64,000 nt of DNA. Source: an uncultured Candidatus Rokubacteria bacterium. GTDB lineage: Bacteria; Methylomirabilota; Methylomirabilia; Rokubacteriales; CSP1-6. The notes beneath the pieces were generated by a model. The model saw nothing but the letters and a program-made list of their open reading frames with translations. It made no database searches and had not been told where the DNA came from. The stretch is taken from NCBI GenBank assembly GCA_963747235.1, contig CAVVEU010000014.1, positions 128,001 to 192,000 of the forward strand, read 5' to 3'. The position numbers were made by a program, and so were the translations under genes. Positions 11,641 to 22,115 of the stretch are shown here, piece after piece (positions within the stretch are counted from its first letter, which is position 1; each line of letters begins with the position of its first letter).

Positions 11641-11760
11641 GCGCCATGAGGACCTCGGTCCTCAGTGGCGCTTTTTTTGTTCCCCCCGCTTCCGGGGGGA
11701 AACCCCAGCCATGGTGGCGCGGGGCCTAGCGGGCGGTCCATCCCCGCCCAAGAGAGAGGG
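11641..11760 (+). ncRNA. Structured 5' leader of csp #2 with intrinsic terminator
   Basis: GCGCCA-TGAGGAC-ctcg-GTCCTCA-g-TGGCGC-TTTTTTT, then three more hairpins. Confidence 0.62.
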
Positions 11761-11769
11761 AACAGACGT

Positions 11770-11973
11770 ATGGCACAGGGCACGGTCAAGTGGTTCAACG
11801 ACGCAAAGGGGTACGGGTTCATCCAGGTCGAGGGCGGAGAGGATGTCTTCGTCCACTACAGCGCCATCCAGGCCCAGGGCTTCAAGAGCTTGGCCGAGGG
11901 CGACAAGGTCGAGTTCGAAGTGACGAAGGGGCCCAAGGGGCTACAAGCTTCCAACGTTCGGAAGTCGGCGTAA
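11770..11973 (+). CDS. cspA: Cold-shock protein (second paralog)
   Basis: [18 protein letters not shown]...DVFVHY; ATG at 11770 after SD AGAGAGGG. Confidence 0.96.
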   Translation: MAQGTVKWFNDAKGYGFIQVEGGEDVFVHYSAIQAQGFKSLAEGDKVEFEVTKGPKGLQASNVRKSA

Positions 11974-11987
11974 GCGTCGCCGACCAC

Positions 11988-12030
11988 TTGACGGCCCGCC
12001 GGGGAGATCCGGCGGGCCGTTTCTTTCTCT
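11988..12030 (+). terminator. Intrinsic terminator of csp #2
   Basis: ACGGCCCGCCGG / CCGGCGGGCCGT stem followed by TTCTTTCT. Confidence 0.8.
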
Positions 12031-12054
12031 CGCCCCGTCCCGACAGATCCCGAC

Positions 12055-12400
12055 AGAAAAAAGAACCCCGACGGATGCTGCGGCGGCAGTCTTGCGCTTC
12101 CGCTGCCGTGCCGCCCCGCTGGTGAAGAGCGGGTCCGTCGGGGCCGGTGGTTCCTGGGTCCTCCAGGGCCACCTGCAACTGCTACTTCGGGGCCTTAGGA
12201 GGCGACCACCTCACAGATCACCGTAGGGGTACACATCGGCTGGATCACCTCCCTTTCTCGGCGCGGCCCATCCTGGGCCCAGGACCCGCTCACCTCGCTC
12301 CGGACGCCGACTCCCGGCGGGAGGCTCGGTCACGTTGCTTCCGGCGAAATTGCCGGAAAGGAACGCTCAAAGGAGCCTGTGTTCGCTCCGACCGATTTCG
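12055..12400 (-). ncRNA. Putative structured small transcript carrying an anti-16S segment and an sORF
   Basis: -10-like TACGAT at 12411-12406; nested stems; 3' 10-bp closing stem (12143-12134 with 12075-12066) followed by a U-tract. Confidence 0.55.
12195..12236 (-). CDS. 13-aa small ORF MCTPTVICEVVAS
   Basis: ATG directly after AGAAAGGGAGGTGATCCAGCCG (extended SD); TAA stop. Confidence 0.55.
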   Translation of the reverse strand: MCTPTVICEVVAS

Positions 12401-12441
12401 GGGTCATCGTACATGAGGCCGACGCGGCGGGAAAGCATTTT

Positions 12442-12738
12442 TCACTTCACGACGATCCGCCCCGCGTTCTTCTCGATCACGCCCTTGCCGACGCCGTCGA
12501 CCTTCTCCAGATCCTGCGCCTTCTTGAACGGCCCATGGGCATCCCGGTACTCGATGATCTTCTGCGCGCCGCCCGGGCCGACGCCCGCGAGCTTCATGAG
12601 GTCCGCCTTCGACGCCTCGTTGATGTTGACCTTGCCCTCCGCCTTGGCCTTGGCGGGCTTGTCGTCCGCCATCACCGCGCCCCCGCCGAGACACCACATC
12701 GCCAGCACCACCGCCCCCAGCCATCGCGTCGTCTTCAT
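12442..12738 (-). CDS. comEA: ComEA-like helix-hairpin-helix DNA-binding protein with signal peptide
   Basis: KVNINEAS...LAGVGPGGAQKIIEYR..HGPFK..DLEKVDGVG; SD AGGAGGAG. Confidence 0.88.
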   Translation of the reverse strand: MKTTRWLGAVVLAMWCLGGGAVMADDKPAKAKAEGKVNINEASKADLMKLAGVGPGGAQKIIEYRDAHGPFKKAQDLEKVDGVGKGVIEKNAGRIVVK

Positions 12739-12840
12739 TACCCACTCTCCTCCTGGAATTGAGATGAGCTGCTGACGCGATTCCACGCCGCGGGACGCGG
12801 GCGGTCAATGCGGACAATTTCAGACGGGCGGGTGTATCTA

Positions 12841-13145
12841 CTATTCGGCGGAGGGGTCGAGCGTATCGAGGTAGGCCTGCCACTCCCAGACGAGCAGCGA
12901 TTGCTTCCTGGTGTTGCAGTCCTTGCACGCGGGCACCATGTTGGCGCGGATCGAGCGGCCGCCCCGCACGAGCGGCACCACGTGGTCGAGGGTCAGGGCC
13001 TTCGCGCCGACCGCGCGCCGGCAGTAGTGGCAGAGGCCCGGCGCGACGCGCCGCCGCCACCACGACGTCTGGCGGAGCTCGCGCGCCCGCGCCTTCTCGC
13101 GGCGCAGCGTGTCGTCGTCGACCTCGCGCGTGTAGCGATCCTCGC

Positions 13146-13149
<4 letters not shown>
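12841..13149 (-). CDS. HNH endonuclease
   Basis: CHYC...LTLDHVVPLVRGG...N..PACKDCN; GTG start overlaps the ABC-F stop. Confidence 0.9.
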
Positions 13150-15247
<2,098 letters not shown>

Positions 15248-15284
15248 CGTCGTTCGCTCCGCAAGATCCCCTATCCCCCCGCCG

Positions 15285-15680
15285 CTATCCCATGACCTGG
15301 ACGCGCTCGGGCGCGATCTTGTAGATGACGCGCACCTCGCCCGGCTTGCGGTAGGGATACTTGTCCTGCCCGAGGTACTTCTTGGCGAGCGAGTCGATGT
15401 GGGCGTCGGCCCCCGACTCGGTGACGTCGGTGACGCGGCCGCGCACCTGCAGGTACCGGTACGGGTTGTCCGGATCCAGGATCGAGAGCGCCACCACCGG
15501 ATTGCGCCGCAGGTTCTTGTCCTTCAGCCGGCCCTTGGCGGTATTGAAGCGGACGTGGGTGCCGTCGAAATCCACCCACACCGGCGTCACCTGCGGCGTG
15601 CCGTCGCTGTTCACGGTGGCCAGGTTGGCGAACGCCTTCTTCTGCAGGATGTCCTTGTAGCCGTCGGGAATGCTTGCCAT
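15285..15680 (-). CDS. PPOX-class (F420/FMN split-barrel) oxidoreductase
   Basis: LATVNSDGTPQVTPVW...KDKNLRRNP.VALSI.D..NPYRY. Confidence 0.88.
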   Translation of the reverse strand: MASIPDGYKDILQKKAFANLATVNSDGTPQVTPVWVDFDGTHVRFNTAKGRLKDKNLRRNPVVALSILDPDNPYRYLQVRGRVTDVTESGADAHIDSLAKKYLGQDKYPYRKPGEVRVIYKIAPERVQVMG

Positions 15681-15704
15681 GGCTCTTCTCCTTTTCGGTC
15701 GATC

Positions 15705-16250
15705 TCAGCTTCGGTCGATCTCGGGCGGTCCAACCGGCCCGCCGTCGGTGAGGGCCCGCGCGCGCTCCTCCGCGAGCCCACGGACCGCGAGCAGCAGGCG
15801 CACGAGGCATTGCTGCACGAGCTGCGAATCCTGGGCGGTCGGATCCGCCATCCAGTCCTGCGCCCACTCGCGCTTCTCGGCCTGGAACCCGAGCGTGGGC
15901 GACAGGGCCTTCAGGCGAAGCAGCATGTCGTCGGCCGGCAGGCCCGAGGCCCGCAGCCGCGCCACCACCGCTCCCCGCACCGCCGCGTTCCAGATCCCGG
16001 TCAGCGCCTCCAGCAGCGCCGCGTAGCAGGTGCCGGCCGGTCGCTCCTTGAGATGCTCGATGACCATCCCGAGTAGCGGGTGGGCGGCCGGTTCCCCCTG
16101 CTCGTCCACCCCGAGCAGCCCGGCCAGCAGGGGCTCCTTCGAGAGATCGGGAATCCCCTCCAGCAGGCGGATCAGCTCCGAGACCGGGACGGCCGGCAGG
16201 CCGGCGAGCCGATCGAGCAGGGGAATGTCCGCACCGCCCGGGCCGCTCAC
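15705..16250 (-). CDS. Hypothetical protein
   Basis: 181-aa ORF overlapping the MFS stop (GTGA), in an operon context. Confidence 0.6.
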   Translation of the reverse strand: MSGPGGADIPLLDRLAGLPAVPVSELIRLLEGIPDLSKEPLLAGLLGVDEQGEPAAHPLLGMVIEHLKERPAGTCYAALLEALTGIWNAAVRGAVVARLRASGLPADDMLLRLKALSPTLGFQAEKREWAQDWMADPTAQDSQLVQQCLVRLLLAVRGLAEERARALTDGGPVGPPEIDRS

Positions 16251-17803
16251 GCGTTGGTGCCCGATGGGCTGACCGGCTCGCGGCTGACGGCCAGGTCACG
16301 CACCTGCCCCCGAGGCACCAGGAAGGCGGACAGCAGCGCGGCCACCGCGATCAGCAGGCCGACCACGAACACCCCGCCGATCGCGTGGGCCAGCACCGGC
16401 CGCATCTGGCCCAGGAGGGCCTCCCCGAGCGTCGCCCGGGTGATCGGATTCACCGCGAGATCGGGATGGGCGGCCAGCCACCGCAGGGGCTCCTGGAGCT
16501 GGGCGGGCGCGGTCGCGACCAGGCCGTCGAGGGCGCGCTCGAGCCGGTGCGTCATCGCCGCCCCCATGACCGAGACGCCCACCGCGCCGCCCACCGTCCG
16601 GAAGAACCCGGTCAGCGAGGTGGCCGACCCCAGCAGGGACCGCGGCACCGAGTTCTGCACCGCGATCAGCATGGGCACGAAGACCAGCCCCATGCCGACG
16701 CCGGCGAGCGTGATGTCACGGGCCGCGGTCAGCCGCGTGAGCGACTCGTCCCAGCCCGCGAGCAGGACGAAGGCGAGCACGAGCGCGCTCATCCCCGCCA
16801 CGACGACCCGACGGTACCCCACGCGCATCACGAGCCGGGCGCCCACCACCGAGAAGACCACCCAGCCCAGCACGAACGGCGTCAGCACCCAGCCGGCCTG
16901 CGTCGCGGTGCTCCCGGTGACGGCCTGCAGGTAGAGCGGCACGTAGGTGATGGCGCCGAACATGGCCATCCCGGAGAGCAGGCCGGTGGCCGCGGCCGCC
17001 CGCAGCATGGGATTGCCGAAGAGACGGAGCGGAATCACCGGCTCGGCCACCCGGCGCTCCACGAGGACGAACACCACGAGCAGGACGGCCGAGAGCACGA
17101 GCAGCCCGACCCCGCCCGGCCGGCGGGCCTCGCCCGCTCCGATCTCGACCATGCCCACCAGCAGCGCCGAGATCGCGGCCGCGAACACGCCCATGCCGAG
17201 CAGGTCGAACGAGGCGCGGGGCCGGTCGCGGCGCTCGTCGCGCAGCCCGATCGCGATGGCCGCCGCGGCGAGCAGGCCGAACGGCAGGTTGATGTAGAAG
17301 ACCCAGCGCCAGGACACGCGATCGGTGAGGAGCCCGCCCACGAGCGGGCCGACCAGGGACGCCACGCCCCAGACGCTCGAGAAATAGCCCTGCATCTTCG
17401 CCCGCTTCTCCACCCCGTAGAGGTCGCCGACGATGGTCATGCCGATCGAGATCAGGGAGCCCGCGCCCAGTCCCTGCAGCGCGCGGAACGCGATGAGCTG
17501 CTCCATGCTGCGTGACAATCCCGCGAGCGCCGAGCCCAGGAGGAAGAGCGCGAGCCCGGCCAGGTAGGCGGGCCGTCGGCCCAGCTGGTCCGCGAGCCGG
17601 CCCCAGATCGGCATCGTCACGGTCGAGGTCAGGAGATAGGCGGAGAACGTCCATGAGTAGATCCGGATGCCGCCCAGGCTCGCGATCACGGTGGGCATCG
17701 CGGTGGCCACCACCGTCGATTCCATCGCGGCCAGGAACACGGCGGCCATCACGCCGCTCAGCACGAGCCGGCGGCGCGCCGCGGCGTCCAGCTCCCCGCC
17801 CAT
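16247..17803 (-). CDS. MFS drug/H+ antiporter (DHA2, 14 TM)
   Basis: ESTVVATAMPT, GRLADQLGRR and WRWVFYINLP motifs. Confidence 0.92.
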   Translation of the reverse strand: MGGELDAAARRRLVLSGVMAAVFLAAMESTVVATAMPTVIASLGGIRIYSWTFSAYLLTSTVTMPIWGRLADQLGRRPAYLAGLALFLLGSALAGLSRSMEQLIAFRALQGLGAGSLISIGMTIVGDLYGVEKRAKMQGYFSSVWGVASLVGPLVGGLLTDRVSWRWVFYINLPFGLLAAAAIAIGLRDERRDRPRASFDLLGMGVFAAAISALLVGMVEIGAGEARRPGGVGLLVLSAVLLVVFVLVERRVAEPVIPLRLFGNPMLRAAAATGLLSGMAMFGAITYVPLYLQAVTGSTATQAGWVLTPFVLGWVVFSVVGARLVMRVGYRRVVVAGMSALVLAFVLLAGWDESLTRLTAARDITLAGVGMGLVFVPMLIAVQNSVPRSLLGSATSLTGFFRTVGGAVGVSVMGAAMTHRLERALDGLVATAPAQLQEPLRWLAAHPDLAVNPITRATLGEALLGQMRPVLAHAIGGVFVVGLLIAVAALLSAFLVPRGQVRDLAVSREPVSPSGTNA

Positions 17804-18135
17804 CAGTGGCCCCCGGTGCAGCCCGCGCACCGGCAGAGCGCGCGGAGCGTGGAATACGGATAGAGGCTCTCGCGGCCGTCCAGCCACACCACCCGCAGCG
17901 TATCCGGGAGCTTCTTGATCTCCTTCGGCCACGTCATCTCCTGCGTGAGGGCGGCCGCCTGATCCGCCTCGCCGCCCGCGGGATCGTCCAGCCGGAGCCG
18001 GTCGAACGGATAGATGCTGCCGTGATCGTCCGCCCAGGTCACGCCCACCGCGTAGCGGCCGACCAGGTGCACGTCCTTCGGCTGGGCCGGATCGGGCTGG
18101 CCCACGATGGGGAGGAACTTCCCGAGCGGCGTCAC
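17803..18135 (-). CDS. DUF971 / GBBH-N-like small protein
   Basis: VGRYAVGVTWADDHGSIYPFDRLR and LRVVWLDGRESLYPYSTLRALCRCAGC. Confidence 0.75.
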   Translation of the reverse strand: MTPLGKFLPIVGQPDPAQPKDVHLVGRYAVGVTWADDHGSIYPFDRLRLDDPAGGEADQAAALTQEMTWPKEIKKLPDTLRVVWLDGRESLYPYSTLRALCRCAGCTGGH

Positions 18136-19055
18136 GCCCCACCTCCCGCGGCGGCCCGCGCCTCGAGCCGGCGACCGGCGAGCAGATAGTGGACGGCCAC
18201 GTTCTGATGGGCGCGCCACGTGGCGGCGCGGCGGCGGACCGCCGGCTCACTCATCGCGCGGCCTCGACCGTAGAAATGCTCGAAGGCGCGCCGCACCGCC
18301 AGGTCGCCGGCCGGACACACGTCGCCCCGGCCGAGACAGCGGGCCAGGAACCACTCGGCGCTCCAGCGCCCGAATCCACGCACCGCAGTCACTCGCTCGA
18401 TCACCTCGTCGTTGGGCAGGCCGGCCAGGGCGTCGAGGTCGAGCGCCCCCGAGGCCACCTGCCGAGCCAGTCCGACGACATACTCCGCTTTCATCGTGGT
18501 GAGCTGCATTCGCCGCAGGTCCGCCACCCGCGCGCCGGCCAGCACCGCCGGCTCCGGAAACGCATAGAGCGCCTGGCCGCCCGCGGCGATGGGCTCGCCG
18601 AAGCGCCGCACCAGCCGCGCCCGCACCGTGAAGGCGAAGCGCAGGTTGACCTGCTGCGCGCACACCGAGCCCACCAGCATCTCGAACGGTCCGGGCGACA
18701 GGGTCGGGCGGAGCCCGTAGAGCCGTGACGCGAGTCCGCTCAGGACCGCATCGCCGGCGGCCGCCGCATAGAAGGACGGCAGGTCCAGGTCCAGCCCGCA
18801 GATCCGCCGCACGTCGGCGACCGCCGCGTCCACCGCCCCCGCGCGCCGCACTCCGGGAACCGAGACGCAGAGCCGCGGAGCGTCGGGGCCGCCGTGAGAC
18901 CGCAGCTCGTATCCACGCCACCGCCCGTCCCACTTGACGGCCCGCCGGAATACACCGTCGGCGAAGCGGTTGGCCGGGTCTTCACCCCAGAGGTGGAACC
19001 GGGAGAGCGTCCCGGCCACGTCCAGGGGACCCGGGACGACGAAGCTTGCCTCCAT
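18132..19055 (-). CDS. AlkA-like DNA-3-methyladenine glycosylase (HhH-GPD)
   Basis: VCAQQVN, AFPEP, VRGFGRWSAE and PAGDL motifs. Confidence 0.88.
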   Translation of the reverse strand: MEASFVVPGPLDVAGTLSRFHLWGEDPANRFADGVFRRAVKWDGRWRGYELRSHGGPDAPRLCVSVPGVRRAGAVDAAVADVRRICGLDLDLPSFYAAAAGDAVLSGLASRLYGLRPTLSPGPFEMLVGSVCAQQVNLRFAFTVRARLVRRFGEPIAAGGQALYAFPEPAVLAGARVADLRRMQLTTMKAEYVVGLARQVASGALDLDALAGLPNDEVIERVTAVRGFGRWSAEWFLARCLGRGDVCPAGDLAVRRAFEHFYGRGRAMSEPAVRRRAATWRAHQNVAVHYLLAGRRLEARAAAGGGA

Positions 19056-19100
19056 GACGGCGCCTCAGTGTACCAGAGGCGCCCGGAGAGCGGAACGCGA

Positions 19101-19145
19101 CGCCCGGCTCAGTGTCGCCCGGCTCAGTGTCGCCCGGCTCAGTGT
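19101..19145. repeat. Perfect 15-bp tandem repeat x3 over the GNAT stop codon
   Basis: CGCCCGGCTCAGTGT three times. Confidence 0.9.
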
Positions 19146-20110
19146 CGGATGTCGAAGTAGATGGGCCCGGGGGGGAGCGGCCCCGCGCCGTTGAGGCGCT
19201 TGATGACGAAGTTGAACTCCAGGATCTCCGCGGCGTAGGGCTCGAGCACCGTCCGCATGGCGGGATCGTGCGGGAGCGGCATCAGGACATGGTCGAGGCC
19301 CGCCTCCCGGAGGGTGTTGGCGATACCCGAGAAGGCGCGGAAGCCCCCCGCCCCCTTGAGGGTCACGTCATAGGCCTTGACCGCCCGGACCACGTCGGGG
19401 TCCAGGCCGCGCCGGACCCGGTCGTCCCAGAGGGACACCCAGGCGCTGCCCCCGGGGCCGAACGCGGTCAGGCTCCCCATGTAGGCACCCTTGGGGTATG
19501 GCGTGAAGAGCTCGGAGACCAGGTACCGGGGCACGAAGTGGTGGAGCGAGACCTCCCCGAACCGCCACGCGGCATGGGCCGGGTCGCCGAGGGCATCCAC
19601 CTTCCGGATCCGTACCGCGGGGTCGGGCTCGAACCGGGCCAGGTCCAGGATCAGATAGTCGAAGCGGGCCGCGGTCTCCCAGCCCAGCGCCCCGACCATC
19701 TTCATTGACGCGGTGTTGGAGACGCCGATCAGGCCCGTGACATACCGGCAGCCCTGGCGCTCGAGCCACTCGGCTCCCGCCTTCATGAGCCGGGTGCCCA
19801 GGCCCCGGGCCTGGTGGCCCGGCGCGACGCGGGTATTGAACGAGTAGCCGGCCGCGCAGGGCTGACCGGCCACGCGGACGGGGGTCAGGGCCAGGCACTG
19901 CACGCCGACCACCTGGCGCTCCACCTCGGCCACCAGGACGTGGGTACGGTCGTAGGCGGCCATGCGGGAGAAGAAGTTCCGGCGGGCCTGGAGCATCCTG
20001 GCGCGCGAGTCCGGGGCGGCGCCCTCGAGGGCCTGCAGCGCGTCATGATCGGCTGCGGTCGCGGTCCGGATCGTGACGAGGGGCGCCTGCAGGGCCGGGA
20101 ACGAGGTCAT
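19139..20110 (-). CDS. GNAT-family N-acetyltransferase
   Basis: RVAPGHQARGLGTRL acetyl-CoA motif; N..S motif B; extra C-terminal domain. Confidence 0.8.
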   Translation of the reverse strand: MTSFPALQAPLVTIRTATAADHDALQALEGAAPDSRARMLQARRNFFSRMAAYDRTHVLVAEVERQVVGVQCLALTPVRVAGQPCAAGYSFNTRVAPGHQARGLGTRLMKAGAEWLERQGCRYVTGLIGVSNTASMKMVGALGWETAARFDYLILDLARFEPDPAVRIRKVDALGDPAHAAWRFGEVSLHHFVPRYLVSELFTPYPKGAYMGSLTAFGPGGSAWVSLWDDRVRRGLDPDVVRAVKAYDVTLKGAGGFRAFSGIANTLREAGLDHVLMPLPHDPAMRTVLEPYAAEILEFNFVIKRLNGAGPLPPGPIYFDIRH

Positions 20111-20202
20111 GTCGGCCCAAGAATACTCATCTGAATTCCTTCAGCAAGCCCGACCAAGGCCCCACGCCAAAGGGGTACCCGCGGACATCCGACGCCTTAT
20201 GT

Positions 20203-20290
20203 CCGTCTACTTCTTCAAGCTCTCCATATGCGGGGGCCCAGACATGGCCCCCGCACTCCCCCAGGCCGCGGACAGTCGCGGACATCCGGC
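20203..20290. repeat. Dispersed palindromic repeat family A, copy 2 (intergenic)
   Basis: Matches 13414-13506. Confidence 0.85.
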
Positions 20291-20291
20291 A

Positions 20292-22115
20292 CTACCGGCG
20301 CAGGTGATAGGGCACGTCGGTCACGACCACGTTTCTCCGGAACAGGAGCGCGCCCTTGATGACCAGCGCGGTCTGGTTGTGGAGGAGCTGCTGCCACCAC
20401 TTGGCCGGGATGAACTCGGGGATGACGATGGTCACCATGTGGTTCTCGCCGAGCGCGAGGAGATGGTCCACGTACTCGAGCAGCGGCGACAGCAGCAGCC
20501 GATAGGGTGAGGTCAGCACCACGAGCGGCACGCCGAAGCCCCACTTGCCCCACTTCTCCTCGAGCCGCCGCGTCTTCTCCGGATCCATCTCCACGTAGAC
20601 CGCCTTGGCCGACGGCGAGAGCGTGCGCGCGTACTGCAGCGCCTGCACGACCCCCTTGTGCAGGTCGCCCACCAGGACGAGCACGGTGTGCTGCATGGGA
20701 GGCGGGCCCGCGTAGCCGTCGAGCGAGAGCTGACCGGCGACCTCGCGATAGTGGCGGTTGATGCTCACGAAGCCCGCGATGAGGGCGCCCGCGATCACCA
20801 CCACGATCCACGCGCCGTCCGCGAACTTGGCGAGCGCGGTGACCACCATCACCAGCCCGGTGGTGGTGGCGCCCAGCCCGCTGATCAGCGCCTTCGGCCG
20901 CCATCCCACGGGCCGGCGCGTGAGCCAGCGGCGCACCATGCCCACCTGCGACAGCGTGAACGACGTGAAGACGCCGAGGGCGTAGAGCGGGATCAGGGAA
21001 TGCGTGCTCCCGTCGAAGAGCGCGATCAGGGCGGACGCGGCGACCGCCAGGATGATGACGCCGTTCGAGAACACGAGCCGGTCGCCCCGGCTCGCGAACT
21101 GCCGGGGCAGGAACCCGTCGCGCGCCATGAACGACGCGAGCCGGGGGAAGTCGGCGAACGCGGTGTTGGCGGCCAGCGCCAGGATCACCATCGAGACGCC
21201 CTGGATGAAGTAGTAGAGCAGGCCGCCCCCGAAGACCTCGCGGGCGAGCTGGGAGACCACCGTCTCCTGGTCGTGCGGCACGATCTGGTAGCTGGCCGCC
21301 AGCACCGTGATGCCGAGGAACAGGGTGATCATGATCAGTCCGAGGATCGCGAGCACGGCCTGGGCGTTCTTCACCTCCGGCGGCCGGAACGCGGGGGTGC
21401 CGTCCGAGACCGCCTCGATCCCGGTGAGGGCGACCGCGCCGGAGGCGAAGGCGCGCAGGAGCAGGAACACCCCGAGCTCGGCGAGGGGCGGCGGCGGGGG
21501 CGCGACCGACTCGACCGGAGGGCGGCCCCAGATCGCGAGCGCCGCGAACCCGTAGATCATGAGCAGGGCGTACCCGGCGATGAACAGATAGCTCCACACC
21601 GCGAACACCCGCCCGGACTCGCGGAGGCCCCGCAGGTTCGCCACCGCGACGAGCACCACGAGGCCGACGCCGAGCAGGACGCGGTACGGATAGAGCACGG
21701 GAAAGGCGGAGGTGAGCGCGGCGACTCCCGCGGAGACGCTGACCGCCACCGTCAGGGTGTAGTCGATGAGGAGGGCGGCGCCCGCGGTCAGGCCCGGGAA
21801 CACTCCCAGGTTGTCCTTGGCCACGATGTAGTCGCTGGCGCCCTGCGGGTAGGCCGCGATGTTCTGACGGTACGACAGGATCACGATGCCGATCACCGCG
21901 CCGATGCAGACCCCGATGGGCACCGAGAACGCGAGCGCGCCCACGCCCGCGAGGAGGAGCACACGAAGAATCTCCTCGGTGGCGTACGCGACCGAGGAGA
22001 GGTTGTCGGAGGCGAAGACGGCGAGGCCGGTGACGGGGCCGAGCCGCTCGTGGTGGGCCTGGGCCGTGGCGATCGGCGTGCCCACGAACCATCGTTTGAG
22101 CTTGGAGAGATTCAC
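20292..22115 (-). CDS. KimA/YdaO-like APC transporter (K+ uptake), paralog 2
   Basis: FASDNLSSVAYATEE, TGIEAVSDG, FADFPRL, and C-terminal IPEF...LLHNQ. Confidence 0.9.
   Translation of the reverse strand: MNLSKLKRWFVGTPIATAQAHHERLGPVTGLAVFASDNLSSVAYATEEILRVLLLAGVGALAFSVPIGVCIGAVIGIVILSYRQNIAAYPQGASDYIVAKDNLGVFPGLTAGAALLIDYTLTVAVSVSAGVAALTSAFPVLYPYRVLLGVGLVVLVAVANLRGLRESGRVFAVWSYLFIAGYALLMIYGFAALAIWGRPPVESVAPPPPPLAELGVFLLLRAFASGAVALTGIEAVSDGTPAFRPPEVKNAQAVLAILGLIMITLFLGITVLAASYQIVPHDQETVVSQLAREVFGGGLLYYFIQGVSMVILALAANTAFADFPRLASFMARDGFLPRQFASRGDRLVFSNGVIILAVAASALIALFDGSTHSLIPLYALGVFTSFTLSQVGMVRRWLTRRPVGWRPKALISGLGATTTGLVMVVTALAKFADGAWIVVVIAGALIAGFVSINRHYREVAGQLSLDGYAGPPPMQHTVLVLVGDLHKGVVQALQYARTLSPSAKAVYVEMDPEKTRRLEEKWGKWGFGVPLVVLTSPYRLLLSPLLEYVDHLLALGENHMVTIVIPEFIPAKWWQQLLHNQTALVIKGALLFRRNVVVTDVPYHLRR

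Noticed and set aside
12221-12258. 16S rRNA gene or fragment on the + strand
   Set aside because: Similarity is limited to about 38 nt, the upstream universal AAGTCGTAACAAGG is absent, and the h45 stem is broken. The minus-strand SD/ORF reading explains it better.
12055-12400. tmRNA, RNase P, SRP or 6S RNA
   Set aside because: No tRNA-like ends with CCA, no GAGGAAAGTCC, no SRP domain IV motif, and no single long rod with a central bubble.
19101-19145. CRISPR array
   Set aside because: Contiguous 15-bp units with no spacers, and no cas genes.
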